A stretch of 64,000 nucleotides of DNA from Candidatus Babeliales bacterium (GCA_041671765.1 JBAZAX010000005.1:2260-66259), one strand, 5' to 3'. Numbered from the stretch's first letter, positions 19,073 to 29,806 are shown. Made by a program: numbers and translations. Notes: generated by a model from the sequence alone, not told the origin.

Positions 19073-20845
19073 ATGGTACAATCGCATATAAAAAACAACT
19101 ATAAACTGCTTTTATCTATCACTCTTTTTTCAATAATATTCTGCATCCTGGGTCTAACCTGGACACACTGGTGGTTCAATGGAGGGGATGACTTCAATGC
19201 AATACTTTCCGTTTACAAAATTAAAAACTGGAAAGATCTTTTTGATGCAATGATACAAGGAAATACCGGATATTTAACCAATCCAACAAATTTCATAGAC
19301 CAATCCTATCAGCCAAGCTTTCTTTCTGTTTATTTCCGCCCACTGCATGTACTATTCTTAACGGTCGAATATTGGTTATTTGGAACAAATGCATACCTAT
19401 ATTTATTAACAAACGTGTTTTTTCATGCAATCAACACAGTTCTTTTGTTTAATATATTTTTGTGGATTACAAATTATATGCCCGCATTGATTGCAGTCCT
19501 AATTTTTGCATTTCATCCTCAAATTGCATTCAGATTTGGGGCAGTTGCCAACATCCAGTACTACATAAACTTAACACTTATACTTTTTGCGACAATGCTT
19601 TTTAAAAAATTTTTGGACACTGGAAAATGGCGTTATAACATTTTTTCGGCATTATTTCTTACAACAGCTCTATTTATAAGAGAGACAATGCTGGTTCTGC
19701 CCGCAATAGTTTTCATGAGTGCTTATTTGTACAAAAACAAACAACTCAGCACTAGATCTTTTTTTGCGCGGTTCTATGAACTGCTAAAAATAACGCTTCC
19801 ATCAATCCTTGCAGCCTGTACATATATATTAGTCAGAGCATATAATTATCCGTTAAAACTTTCACAACTCACAAACCACGCTCCACTTTCAAGCACCCCA
19901 ATTTTAAGCACACTTAAAAACCGCATTCCGGAACTCAAAGTTATAATTTATGACTTATTCTGTTTATCATGGCTACCATGGGGATGCAAAACAATTCGAA
20001 CGATTATTTTACTGCTAATTTTTTCATCTCTTTTTGCACTTTTTATTAAAACAAAAAACAAACTGCCTGTTTTATTTTGCCTTATATTTGCAATCATTTT
20101 ACTCTGGCCCAGCCTGATTGTTATCAACAACCCAAGATACCTGTATGAAGCCTATCCATTTTTTTTAGCAGGAATATTACTGCTATTCGCTGGATGCACA
20201 TTCAGGCGCAAACAAATCAAACCCATAATAATATCTATGGGAGTACTTTTTTCAATTTTATTAATATTATTTTCAGTAGAAAATTTTGCCACAAGAACAA
20301 AAAAAATGCATATATTTTCATCTGAGCTAAAACAACTTGTCGTAAACCCACAAATTAAAAACCGAACTTTATGTGTTTTTGCCTACCCTTTTGACGGACT
20401 TGGTGAACACTTTGCTTCAATTTTATGGGTAATGCTTGATAATCCCAATATCCCAATTTATTTTGATTCTCAAACAATGATTACACAACACGATTCAAAT
20501 CTATTTAAAAACAAAAAATGGCGACTATGTGCCTCTGATTATTTTGATAAAAATTACCTAAAAATTACAATTCTAGAAAATGGTTTTAGATTAACGTCTC
20601 TTGATCCACAGAAAGTTGCATTCTACCCACAAGAAACATCTTTATCAATTGGTAAAACAATCGTACACAAAACGGAACTTGTTCATGGTGAAAATTTAAC
20701 CACAGATTTAACACTCACAATTGATGAATCAATCTTGCAACAAAAACCACTTTTTATTTGGTGGGATTATGAAAAACAAAATTTTGTCATTTATGATAAA
20801 CTTAACCGTATGAACAAATTTATTTCCACCCAAGTCCATTTATAA
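19073..20845 (+). CDS. polytopic membrane protein, GT-C (PMT/ArnT-like) glycosyltransferase suspected; paralog of 35009-36799
   Basis: More than 10 predicted TM helices. YFRPLHVLFLTVEYWLFGTNAYLYLLTNVFFHAINT resembles the first-loop region of PMT_2/TMTC-type GT-C enzymes. ATG 19073 follows GGAG; the track start 19037 is TTG. Confidence 0.65.
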   Translation: MVQSHIKNNYKLLLSITLFSIIFCILGLTWTHWWFNGGDDFNAILSVYKIKNWKDLFDAMIQGNTGYLTNPTNFIDQSYQPSFLSVYFRPLHVLFLTVEYWLFGTNAYLYLLTNVFFHAINTVLLFNIFLWITNYMPALIAVLIFAFHPQIAFRFGAVANIQYYINLTLILFATMLFKKFLDTGKWRYNIFSALFLTTALFIRETMLVLPAIVFMSAYLYKNKQLSTRSFFARFYELLKITLPSILAACTYILVRAYNYPLKLSQLTNHAPLSSTPILSTLKNRIPELKVIIYDLFCLSWLPWGCKTIRTIILLLIFSSLFALFIKTKNKLPVLFCLIFAIILLWPSLIVINNPRYLYEAYPFFLAGILLLFAGCTFRRKQIKPIIISMGVLFSILLILFSVENFATRTKKMHIFSSELKQLVVNPQIKNRTLCVFAYPFDGLGEHFASILWVMLDNPNIPIYFDSQTMITQHDSNLFKNKKWRLCASDYFDKNYLKITILENGFRLTSLDPQKVAFYPQETSLSIGKTIVHKTELVHGENLTTDLTLTIDESILQQKPLFIWWDYEKQNFVIYDKLNRMNKFISTQVHL

Positions 20846-20874
20846 TAAAAATATGAACATTTGTGGAGTAGCCA

Positions 20875-21153
20875 ATGACAGAGCAAGATAAGCAAAAATT
20901 AATCAAAATAATCACAAAATATCTTCCAAAAGCACAAATTTATTTGTTTGGATCTCGAGCAAGAAAAGATAACTCACCACGATCAGACATCGATATTGCA
21001 ATAGATAACAAAAATAAAATTGATAACTTAACACTAAGTAACATAAGGGAAGAGATCGAAGAAAGCACGATTCCGTTCACAGTTGACATTATTGATTTAA
21101 ATAACATATCCGAAGATCTTAAAAAACAAATTTTAAAGGATAGAATCACATGA
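20875..21153 (+). CDS. mntA: minimal nucleotidyltransferase (MNT), type VII antitoxin-like
   Basis: 92 aa with the pol-beta NTase motif: LFGSRARKDNSPRSDIDIAI. Overlaps the next gene by ATGA. Confidence 0.8.
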   Translation: MTEQDKQKLIKIITKYLPKAQIYLFGSRARKDNSPRSDIDIAIDNKNKIDNLTLSNIREEIEESTIPFTVDIIDLNNISEDLKKQILKDRIT

Positions 21154-21602
21154 ACCAATTGACCAAAATCTTGCTCAAAAATCACAAAAATGCAAGTGCT
21201 ATTCTCTTTACATTAAAAGAAGCAATTGAAAACATGCAGGACATTAATAAAATTGCAGGATTAATGAATAAAGATCTTTCAAACATCTACAAAACATTTC
21301 GTGATTCACTAATTCACCGTTTTGAATACACCTTCGATTTAGCATGGGAATATCTAAACAACTATCTGAAGTCTGAGGGCATAAATATGGCAATAGAAAC
21401 TCCAAAAAATACGTTTCGTGAAAGCCTAAAAGCTACATTACTTTCAGAAGATGAAGTTAGACTTGCGCTTCAAATGGTTGACCACAGAAATTTAAGCACC
21501 CACGGATATGACGAAATGTTAATTGAAAGTATTAGCGCCCAAATTCCCGCATATTGCAAATTAATTGAAACCATTTTACAAAGAACATCCACACTAAATT
21601 AA
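21150..21602 (+). CDS. hepT: HEPN-domain protein (HI0074 / NTase substrate-binding family), toxin-like
   Basis: 150 aa. The Rx4H motif is present in DHRNLSTHGYD. 4-nt overlap with the MNT gene. Confidence 0.75.
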   Translation: MNQLTKILLKNHKNASAILFTLKEAIENMQDINKIAGLMNKDLSNIYKTFRDSLIHRFEYTFDLAWEYLNNYLKSEGINMAIETPKNTFRESLKATLLSEDEVRLALQMVDHRNLSTHGYDEMLIESISAQIPAYCKLIETILQRTSTLN

Positions 21603-21616
21603 AAAAATATACAGAA

Positions 21617-22603
21617 ATGAAGAAGAGGATGAAGTACCTTATTTTAGGATCAAACGGATTTGTTGCACAACATTATATAAATTATTTAAAAAATAAAAAA
21701 AATATAGAAATCGTAGGATTGGATATTAATGATCCTGCAAACAAATCTAATTTAAAAAACTTCACATTCATTAATGCTTCTCTTGTAGATAGAAAAAATC
21801 TAAAAAAAGTTATTATAAAAACTAATCCAGATTATATAATTCATTTAGCGGCACACAGTTCAGTTGCATTTAGCTGGAAATATCCATATGAGAGCTTTAC
21901 AAACAACATTTATTGTTTTCTAAACCTGCTCGAAGAACTAAGAATACTTAATAGCAAGGCCAAAGTTTTGCTGGTTGGATCTTCTGAAGAATACGGACAA
22001 GTAAAGTCAAAAGATATCCCACTAAAAGAAACAGCCCCTCTAAATCCTCTCAATCCATATGCCATATCACGAACGGCACAAGAACAACTAGCAAAAATTT
22101 ATGCCAAGGCATATGGTGTTAATGTCATATGTACAAGATCATTTAACCATATAGGACCAAACCAACCCAATCATTTTGTTATAAGCTCATTTGTAAAACA
22201 AGCAGTGGAAATCAAATTAGGCTTAAGAAAAAATTTAACTTGTGGCAATATTGATATAATTCGTGATTTTATCGATGTAAGAGATGTAATTACAGCATAT
22301 GACCTGTTGATAGAATTTGGAGAACCGGGAAACGTCTATAATATTTGCTCCGGCAAAGGGTATGCGCTGAAAGAAATAATAGACCTAATTAAAAATATAA
22401 TTGCCATAGATTTTGATGTTATTATTGATAATTCTTTAATAAGACCAATCGATAACCCTATAATAATAGGGTCAAACAAAAAACTCATTAAAACAACTGG
22501 ATTTAAACTGAATTATTCTATGCAAGAATCTATAACAGACATGATTAAAATAGAATTAAACAAACAAAAACAATCTATTCCTATAAGAAAATCAATCGCT
22601 TAA
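21617..22603 (+). CDS. NAD-dependent sugar-nucleotide epimerase/dehydratase family protein (GDP-4-keto-6-deoxymannose reductase Rmd-like)
   Basis: Extended-SDR layout: ILGSNGFVAQH, GSSEEYG, PYAISRTAQE, FNHIGPNQ. The catalytic Lys position reads Arg. Confidence 0.75.
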   Translation: MKKRMKYLILGSNGFVAQHYINYLKNKKNIEIVGLDINDPANKSNLKNFTFINASLVDRKNLKKVIIKTNPDYIIHLAAHSSVAFSWKYPYESFTNNIYCFLNLLEELRILNSKAKVLLVGSSEEYGQVKSKDIPLKETAPLNPLNPYAISRTAQEQLAKIYAKAYGVNVICTRSFNHIGPNQPNHFVISSFVKQAVEIKLGLRKNLTCGNIDIIRDFIDVRDVITAYDLLIEFGEPGNVYNICSGKGYALKEIIDLIKNIIAIDFDVIIDNSLIRPIDNPIIIGSNKKLIKTTGFKLNYSMQESITDMIKIELNKQKQSIPIRKSIA

Positions 22604-23710
22604 GTGAGATTTATTAAAAGCATGTACTAAGCTGGTTGTTGCCCACCATGGAGCCTCTTCTTTTTTTATGAGATATCTAAAATCATTTTTTTGAAGAATT
22701 GCTAAAATGGCGCTAAGAGATGTATTACTGTGACATTCAAAAACCACCTCTTTGATAAGTTTAATTTTACCACTTTGATCAAGATCCTCAAAAATTAATG
22801 TCTCAGCACCTTCGACATCTATTTTTAAAAAATCAACAGTTTTTGTGATGTAGTCAGAAAGCAAAATGGTATCAACTACCACCGTTTGCCTGTTTTCTCT
22901 TAAATTGCCTTGAGCCTGCATATGGCCGGCAAGTGTATTCTCAGGTGTATCTTGAAACAAGCAAGTACCGTTTTTATTAGAAACCGCCTTGTTTATTACG
23001 ATAACATCTTCAAGCTTATTATCATGAATATTTTTATTTAAAAACAAAAGGCTTGTAGAAGCCGGTTCAAAGGTTAAGATCTCTGCTTTGGGGTAAAGTG
23101 TTTTAAAGAAAAGAACCGTCATCCCAATGTTGCCACCACAATCAATCACAAATGGGTCTGCTTTATCTGTAACAAAATAATAATCTTTACTCATAAAAGA
23201 TTCTCGGAATAGTTGTAATAGGTCAACATAATTTGGAAAAGAAAATTTAAAATCTAGCAGTTGCATTTGATAAGCATTCTTTTTAGCATTCAAAAGCGCT
23301 GAGACAACAATTTTACAATAATTAGTCAAAAGCAAACTATTGGATACATGCGACAATACAACATGACGATTTTCAGTGGATATTGATTTAATAACTCCCT
23401 GCGTTACGTGAGAAGTAAAAAAATTGAATCCAAATCCTTTCTTAAATCCCAAAAAAGAAAGCCCCGCCATGCAGATAAAAAATACCAAATAAATAATATA
23501 AAACGCTTTTCGCAATCGAATGGCAGTCTTAGAATAATTTTCAGTCAAAAAATAAATCACACCTGAAAATATTACCAAAAGAACAAATCCCAAAAAAAAT
23601 GCTTGTAATGACAATCCAAAATCAAGAAATATAAAGAGAAAGCCAAGCCCAAGAAAAAAAATTGTGCCTAAACAAAGAACAATATTTCTAATAAAAGATA
23701 ACAATTTCAT
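22592..23710 (-). CDS. membrane-anchored FkbM-family methyltransferase
   Basis: N-terminal TM helices, then VIDCGGNIGMTVLFF and LKIDVEGAE. ATG 23710 (MKLLSFIRN) is preferred over the track start at 23770. Confidence 0.75.
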   Translation of the reverse strand: MKLLSFIRNIVLCLGTIFFLGLGFLFIFLDFGLSLQAFFLGFVLLVIFSGVIYFLTENYSKTAIRLRKAFYIIYLVFFICMAGLSFLGFKKGFGFNFFTSHVTQGVIKSISTENRHVVLSHVSNSLLLTNYCKIVVSALLNAKKNAYQMQLLDFKFSFPNYVDLLQLFRESFMSKDYYFVTDKADPFVIDCGGNIGMTVLFFKTLYPKAEILTFEPASTSLLFLNKNIHDNKLEDVIVINKAVSNKNGTCLFQDTPENTLAGHMQAQGNLRENRQTVVVDTILLSDYITKTVDFLKIDVEGAETLIFEDLDQSGKIKLIKEVVFECHSNTSLSAILAILQKNDFRYLIKKEEAPWWATTSLVHAFNKSHLSD

Positions 23711-23750
23711 AAATACCCTACTCCAATAGCAATAAAAAATACTACTCACT

Positions 23751-24857
23751 TTAAACACCTCTATAAACATTGGCCGTCTCCCGAGCAGACTCTGCCCATG
23801 AAAAATTTTTTACGTGAACAATCCCCTTTGATATTAAATCCGAACGTAAATTTTCATTTTCAATAACCTGGGAAACTACTTGTAATATCGAATCACAATC
23901 TCTTCCATCAAAATACAAAGCTGCATCCTGTCCAACCTCTTTTAAAACTTCACAGTTACTCGCAATAACCGGACATCCACACGCAGCAGCCTCAACCATA
24001 GGCAAGCCAAATCCTTCATATAAAGTTGGAAAAACAAATGCAAGTGCTTTTTTGTATAAATAAACCAACTGAGAATCACTAACGATATAACGCAAAACTT
24101 GATCTCTTACCCCAGTACGAACAAACAACAACTCTTCTTCACTTGTAAAATCAGACCCTCCAACACAAATCACATTTAATCTTCTATCTTTTTGCAATAT
24201 TGGAGATATAGACTCTATAAAAAAATTAAAATTTTTATAACGGCCCCTAGATCCTACAAAAAGTAAGAACTTCTCAGGGACAGCAATAGGTATAGATAAA
24301 TTTACATCCAATGAATTTGCAAGATATATTACTGAAACTTTACTTTCGTTTATTCCACAAAACTTGATAATATCGTTTTTGGTATTTTGGGAAATTGCTA
24401 TAATTTTTGCAGCCTTCTCAGCCAACAGCCTCTTTCTTAAAAGAGAAGAGTCATTGGCATCAAAAAATTCACCAGCATAAATTTCGTGTATCATGTCATA
24501 AATAGTTATCACAAAGGGTTTATTATTCAAATAATCTAAAAAATACGGATCGTAATCAGTTGGGTGAAAAACATCAAATCTTCCAGCTGACAAACAAATT
24601 TTACTTGATTGCCTATTTATTTTTCGAAAAAAATTAAGCAAACGATCGCGTCCCTTAAATTTTTTGCCTTCTAGAAAAGCATAACTTCTGTTCTTTTTTA
24701 AATCTTTCAAATAAATGTTTTCAGAATACATAAGTGGCAATTTGTAGTCTATTACGTCGCCTTTCTCAAATTCTTTAAACAGCTGGCTAAAATATCTAGA
24801 AATTCCACCAATCTTTTGCCCCGTAAAAATTTGATCATCAAAAAGAACTTTTGTCAT
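23751..24857 (-). CDS. family 4 (GT-B) glycosyltransferase
   Basis: FVFPTLYEGFGLPMVEAAACGCPVIASN is the EX7E region of GT4. Confidence 0.85.
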   Translation of the reverse strand: MTKVLFDDQIFTGQKIGGISRYFSQLFKEFEKGDVIDYKLPLMYSENIYLKDLKKNRSYAFLEGKKFKGRDRLLNFFRKINRQSSKICLSAGRFDVFHPTDYDPYFLDYLNNKPFVITIYDMIHEIYAGEFFDANDSSLLRKRLLAEKAAKIIAISQNTKNDIIKFCGINESKVSVIYLANSLDVNLSIPIAVPEKFLLFVGSRGRYKNFNFFIESISPILQKDRRLNVICVGGSDFTSEEELLFVRTGVRDQVLRYIVSDSQLVYLYKKALAFVFPTLYEGFGLPMVEAAACGCPVIASNCEVLKEVGQDAALYFDGRDCDSILQVVSQVIENENLRSDLISKGIVHVKNFSWAESARETANVYRGV

Positions 24858-25032
24858 GTTTTATAATACTTTATTAAAGTAAAAATACTCACAATCCATA
24901 CTCTCATACATTCTAAATATATTTGAAAAAAATAATTCCACAAAATAAATTATTTGTTAAAGTTGGTAATAAAATGATTTCTGCGTAAATTGGAGAGATA
25001 TTTAAGAGAAATAAAATCAGGGAAGAGATGTA

Positions 25033-25953
25033 ATGAAAAATTTTTTTAAAAAATCTGCAAAAAAAGTAATTCAGCGTATTTTTGATATTGAATACAATAA
25101 CGACACATACAATAAAAAATGTAATCTTTACAAAAATGAGATTCTATCTCAAGTTGAACAACGTAGACTATTTATATATTACCAGCAATTAGTAAGCGAA
25201 AAAAAATATTTACCTTCAATAAAAGATGTTGGATTCAGGGTTTTTTCTCAGACTGATGAAGATGGAATATTGTTATATATCTTTGCTTTGATAGGAACAA
25301 CTAATAAATTATGTTTAGATTTGGCTTTCATATCTCCATTCGAATCTAACACTGCAAACTTATTATGCAACTGGGGCTGGACAGGAATATTAATCTGTGC
25401 AGATCAAGAAGAAATCGCTGCAATAAATTATTTTTTTGAAAAACATCCTGATACTTATATTAATCCACCGCAGGTAGTTAAAAAGTTTATAACATCCGAA
25501 AATATAAATAGCACATTAAAAGAAAATAAATTATCTGGAGAAATAGATCTTTTTTCGTTGGATATAGATGGTGTAGATTATTGGATTTGGAAAAGTCTAG
25601 AGATTGTACAGCCTAGGGTCATCATCGTAGAATTCAATAATATTTGGGGAAAATTGAGGGCTGTTACGGTACCATACAGTCCAGACTTTGCTAGATTTAA
25701 AATTGCAGAAGATTTTTATGGAGCCTCTTTACCGGCATTTATAAAACTTGCATCGGAAAAAGGTTATCGCTTAGTTGGATGTAATAAAAACTTATTTAAT
25801 GCCTTTTTTGTTAAAAATGGAATAGCTGATGATATCCTACCAACACTTTCGATTGATGATTGTTTTGCCATGTATATCCAGGCAAGATCGTATCAAGACA
25901 AATTGTATAGTCGATTGCAAAAAGTTAAAGATTTAAATTGGCAAGACGTGTAA
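25033..25953 (+). CDS. conserved hypothetical protein (possible methyltransferase-like fold)
   Basis: 306 aa. FRVFSQTDEDGILLYIF ... DLFSLDIDGVDYWIW. I recognise this as recurrent in polysaccharide loci, but its function is unknown to me. Confidence 0.55.
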   Translation: MKNFFKKSAKKVIQRIFDIEYNNDTYNKKCNLYKNEILSQVEQRRLFIYYQQLVSEKKYLPSIKDVGFRVFSQTDEDGILLYIFALIGTTNKLCLDLAFISPFESNTANLLCNWGWTGILICADQEEIAAINYFFEKHPDTYINPPQVVKKFITSENINSTLKENKLSGEIDLFSLDIDGVDYWIWKSLEIVQPRVIIVEFNNIWGKLRAVTVPYSPDFARFKIAEDFYGASLPAFIKLASEKGYRLVGCNKNLFNAFFVKNGIADDILPTLSIDDCFAMYIQARSYQDKLYSRLQKVKDLNWQDV

Positions 25954-25956
25954 CTT

Positions 25957-26904
25957 ATGATCTCTATAAAAAATATTATTAAACAATTTATTCCCCCCAT
26001 ATTTTTAAAAAGTGCAAAAACCACTCAATTTTTTATTCAGTCATTCAAAAGTAATAAAAACAAAAGATATAAGACTGTTAAGATTGGGGATAAAGAAATT
26101 CTTATTCCCCTTGACCACAAACTTGATAGTTATATGACTTCTTACCCTCGCTATGACAAGGCACTGGGTGAAATTGCACGCATAATGCATGAGCACCTAG
26201 GGCATTTTACAGCTATCGACATAGGAGCAAATGTTGGAGATTCTGCTGCATTGATTTGCAAATACCATAATATACCCGTTTTATGCATAGAAGGCTGCAG
26301 CGAATTCATGCCTTACCTAAAATTAAACGCTACGAAAATAGGCACTCATATACAAATAGCTAACTGTTTCGTTGGCACACAATCAGGTTTTATTGACAAT
26401 AAATTAATGAACGTCAAAAATGGAACAGCTAGCATGCCCAATTACTTTAGTGACGAAACAGATAAAAAGCACGCTTTGAACAACATAAAAACACTCGCAG
26501 AAATTCTTTTGCAAAACAAAAGCTTCGAAAATGCAGCACTTATAAAAATAGATACAGATGGCTACGACTTTTCAATTATTTTACATTCACTAAATTATTT
26601 CAAAAAAAACATGCCTATACTTTTTCTTGAATATGATCCTAGCTATAACGGCAATAATGAAGCAGAATCAGCAATGAATGCATTATGGAATATTGGGTAC
26701 CGACATTTTTTGATTTATGATAATTTTGGCAACTTTCTTATCGCGCTTCATGATACGAACAGCTTTTGTGATATAAACGCATATTTAGCAGCAAATAGAA
26801 AAACTAAACAGGTAATTTATTATTTTGATGTCTGCGCAATTTCTCACGAAAAATTTGAAGTTTTTGAAAAAATAAGAAATTACGAATTATATAATTTCAA
26901 TTAA
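25957..26904 (+). CDS. FkbM-family methyltransferase
   Basis: AIDIGANVGDSAA and IKIDTDGYDF motifs. Confidence 0.75.
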   Translation: MISIKNIIKQFIPPIFLKSAKTTQFFIQSFKSNKNKRYKTVKIGDKEILIPLDHKLDSYMTSYPRYDKALGEIARIMHEHLGHFTAIDIGANVGDSAALICKYHNIPVLCIEGCSEFMPYLKLNATKIGTHIQIANCFVGTQSGFIDNKLMNVKNGTASMPNYFSDETDKKHALNNIKTLAEILLQNKSFENAALIKIDTDGYDFSIILHSLNYFKKNMPILFLEYDPSYNGNNEAESAMNALWNIGYRHFLIYDNFGNFLIALHDTNSFCDINAYLAANRKTKQVIYYFDVCAISHEKFEVFEKIRNYELYNFN

Positions 26905-27852
26905 ACTTAATATTCTTTTTATTTTTTTTTTAAAAAAAATAATCAATTTATATCTAAATGGCTTTATAATCCGTATATTTTTGTGAGTTATTATCTCAAG
27001 GTTTTTATTCGCTTCTATATTTTTTAAAAACAATATCTTGCTCGTGTCTATTTTTTTTGTTGGAAGCTCTAAAAAAATACTTTTCCCAGAACCATGCGCA
27101 CCAATCAAGCCTATATTTGATATCAAATTGGATATTGGATTGAGACTCAATCCATCATTAAAAATACAACTATAACACCATTGATAATCCCATGTGTCTA
27201 TCTTTTTATTAACAATCTTGTCAAAATTCTCACACCAATAATCTACAACATCCCTGTGTCTGAATATCTTACGCAATCTACCTAACTTTGTATCTCTTTG
27301 CCTATTCCAATCGTCTATTTCAAAATTATATAAATTCCAAGCTCGCCTCCAAGTAGCCCACCCCCAAGCAAAATAAGTTTTTGAAAAAAAATAACCATTT
27401 GAATTCTCTATTTTATTGAAAAGAAAATTTGTACCACTAATCATCATAACTTGCTTATCAAAGCGATATTTATCCAACATTAAAGAACAAAATGCGAAAA
27501 AAGATTCATCGGGAAGGCAGTCGTCTTCAAGAATAATTCCCTCTTCCACATTTTTAAAAAACCAATTAATTGCAGAACTCACAGCTCTTCCGCAACCTAA
27601 GTTTTCGTCTCTGAAGAGTGTATAAACTTGGCAATTCCAATCTATTTCATTAACTATTTTACGGGCTTTTGAGCAGTTAACTACATCATTTAAATTTCCA
27701 GGCCTTGGACCATCGGCAGCTATAAAAAGTTTTTTCGGTTTTACCTTTTTTATTTGATTAAAGACAAGCTTGGTTGTACTTGGTCTATTAAAAATAATAA
27801 ACAAGACAGGAGTCTGAAATCCAATATTTTCAACATCACTTGCATCCATCAC
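26887..27852 (-). CDS. GT-A fold nucleotide-diphospho-sugar transferase (GNT-I/HlpA-like)
   Basis: VLFIIFNRPSTTKLVFNQI...LFIAADGPR...ILEDDCLP. A T10/A8 tract lies near the 3-prime end. Confidence 0.6.
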   Translation of the reverse strand: MMDASDVENIGFQTPVLFIIFNRPSTTKLVFNQIKKVKPKKLFIAADGPRPGNLNDVVNCSKARKIVNEIDWNCQVYTLFRDENLGCGRAVSSAINWFFKNVEEGIILEDDCLPDESFFAFCSLMLDKYRFDKQVMMISGTNFLFNKIENSNGYFFSKTYFAWGWATWRRAWNLYNFEIDDWNRQRDTKLGRLRKIFRHRDVVDYWCENFDKIVNKKIDTWDYQWCYSCIFNDGLSLNPISNLISNIGLIGAHGSGKSIFLELPTKKIDTSKILFLKNIEANKNLEIITHKNIRIIKPFRYKLIIFFKKKIKRILSLIEII

Positions 27853-27869
27853 AAAGCCTTATAATTTCA

Positions 27870-28952
27870 TTAATTAAAAATGCCTTTTTTCCACCACACA
27901 CGATCTTTCATAACTTTGCTAAAATCAGATTTATTAAAAAAATAATTGTATACATTTAAGCGAGAGGTATGGTTTAAAAATCTACGCGCTTTTTTATTTA
28001 TGTAATCCTCGCGCCCACGTAATGGCAATCGCCCCATCGGCAACCACCACAAAAATCTTTTTCTGAAAATAAATTTAGCAAGATAAAAGTTAAATCCGGA
28101 CTGCATGTGCCAAAACAGAACTCTTTTTTTATAAAAACAATCTTTTCCGTCTTCCCTTTTACACAAAAAATAATCTACGCCATTTTCACGAAAACATTGC
28201 ATATAAGGAAAATTATCGTCATACATGTGAATATAATGTGGATTTTGAAAAACAATATAATCATTAAGCGCCAGTGATATCTTTTCAACAGAATCCTGAA
28301 TTATTCGTCCGGTATGCATAAGATGAGAAATAAAATCCTGATCGCTCGTGATAATCGGCCTAAACCTTGAACCCGCCCAACGGGTTCTAAATGTAACTTC
28401 CCAACCGGCCCTTTCTTGCCAAGCACTGGCTGAGTAGCCTTCAATATCAGCCACAAATTTATCTAATTCACTTTTATAAGACTCAAACCAAGATAAATCA
28501 CTTATGCAAGTGAATGCAGGACAACCCTGTAAAACAAACGTAAAGCCTTGTAATAGTTTTTGGATTACTGCCACGTCTTCATTAAAAACGATATCTCCAT
28601 CGTAGTGAATTATCTGTTCTCCCCTAAAATATTCTTCTATAACTAACCAACGCAGGAAACATTTTTTTTCATAATCACCAAATCGACTCAACTGATGATA
28701 CTTTTCATCAAATTTTTGATAGATGAGCGAACAGTCGTGTAAATGATATCCAAGATCAGATAATTTTTTTTTATAAGCCACGGTTAAGTTATTAATCCCG
28801 TTCAAAAACAAAACGTGTATATCATTCGAAAACCCAAGTTTTAGGTTTCGCTGCCCCACAAAATTTAATGGTACAAAATTTTCAAAATCATTTTCGCTTG
28901 AATTACACCATGCAACAATAATGTTTTTCACTAGAACCTCACCACACAACAA
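27870..28952 (-). CDS. hypothetical protein in glycan locus
   Basis: 360-aa ORF in an operon-like array with no recognised motif. The start is uncertain (TTG 28952 or GTG 28931). Confidence 0.5.
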   Translation of the reverse strand: MLCGEVLVKNIIVAWCNSSENDFENFVPLNFVGQRNLKLGFSNDIHVLFLNGINNLTVAYKKKLSDLGYHLHDCSLIYQKFDEKYHQLSRFGDYEKKCFLRWLVIEEYFRGEQIIHYDGDIVFNEDVAVIQKLLQGFTFVLQGCPAFTCISDLSWFESYKSELDKFVADIEGYSASAWQERAGWEVTFRTRWAGSRFRPIITSDQDFISHLMHTGRIIQDSVEKISLALNDYIVFQNPHYIHMYDDNFPYMQCFRENGVDYFLCKREDGKDCFYKKRVLFWHMQSGFNFYLAKFIFRKRFLWWLPMGRLPLRGREDYINKKARRFLNHTSRLNVYNYFFNKSDFSKVMKDRVWWKKGIFN

Positions 28953-28975
28953 AACACTAACCGTAAACTTTTTAC

Positions 28976-29806
28976 TTAGACCTTTTTCAACACACAGGCA
29001 TGCATATGATTATGCAAAAATGGAACAGATGAAAACAGTTTATTAAGCAATTTACCTGATTTGCTTAATTTAAATTTCCAATCTTTAAATGTTACCAATG
29101 GCGCCCCGATCTCATGAAATAATCCATCTATGTGAGCAATCGGCGCACTTTCAAGAATCTGGAATCCTGCACGCTTACAAATATTTTCAAACTGTTTTTT
29201 TGTTAAACGATATTCGAAAAAATTACCATACTGAGGATCTATGTAAAAAGAGAAGCGCTTTCCATTCTTTTTTAACAATTTTTTCCCGAAAAACTTACGT
29301 ATAAAATTATACTTTCTTAAATCAAACATCCTGTAAAAATATTTCATCTGGCGAATTTTATTAAAACTTGGAACAGTAACAATAGCAATTCCACCGGGTT
29401 TTAAGACATCATACATGGCTTTCAATGGAGCATCCGGACCATCGGGAAAATGCTCTATCACTCCATAACTCAAAATTACATCAAAAAAATTATCGGGATA
29501 TGGCATGGCAAGAACATCGGCATGTGTGATTTTTAATTCTGGAAAAAATGTATTCTGAAAATCTACAGATTCCCTATCAATCTCAATACCATTTACATCA
29601 GTGAAACCACGATCTTGAAGATATTTTACAACTCTACCAATTCCACACCCGGCTTCCAAGATTTTTGCATCTTTATCATTTAAGTACTTTAATGTGATTT
29701 TAACCCCATCATCGAAATCACATGATTTTAGCAAAAAATCAAAGTCTTCCGGTTTCCATTTAAATACAATGCTTTTGGCTTCCGGTTTATTAACTTGATT
29801 TAGCAT
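28976..29806 (-). CDS. class I SAM-dependent methyltransferase
   Basis: ILEAGCGIGRVVKYL, FDVILSYGVIEHF, LKPGGIAIVTVP. Confidence 0.8.
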   Translation of the reverse strand: MLNQVNKPEAKSIVFKWKPEDFDFLLKSCDFDDGVKITLKYLNDKDAKILEAGCGIGRVVKYLQDRGFTDVNGIEIDRESVDFQNTFFPELKITHADVLAMPYPDNFFDVILSYGVIEHFPDGPDAPLKAMYDVLKPGGIAIVTVPSFNKIRQMKYFYRMFDLRKYNFIRKFFGKKLLKKNGKRFSFYIDPQYGNFFEYRLTKKQFENICKRAGFQILESAPIAHIDGLFHEIGAPLVTFKDWKFKLSKSGKLLNKLFSSVPFLHNHMHACVLKKV

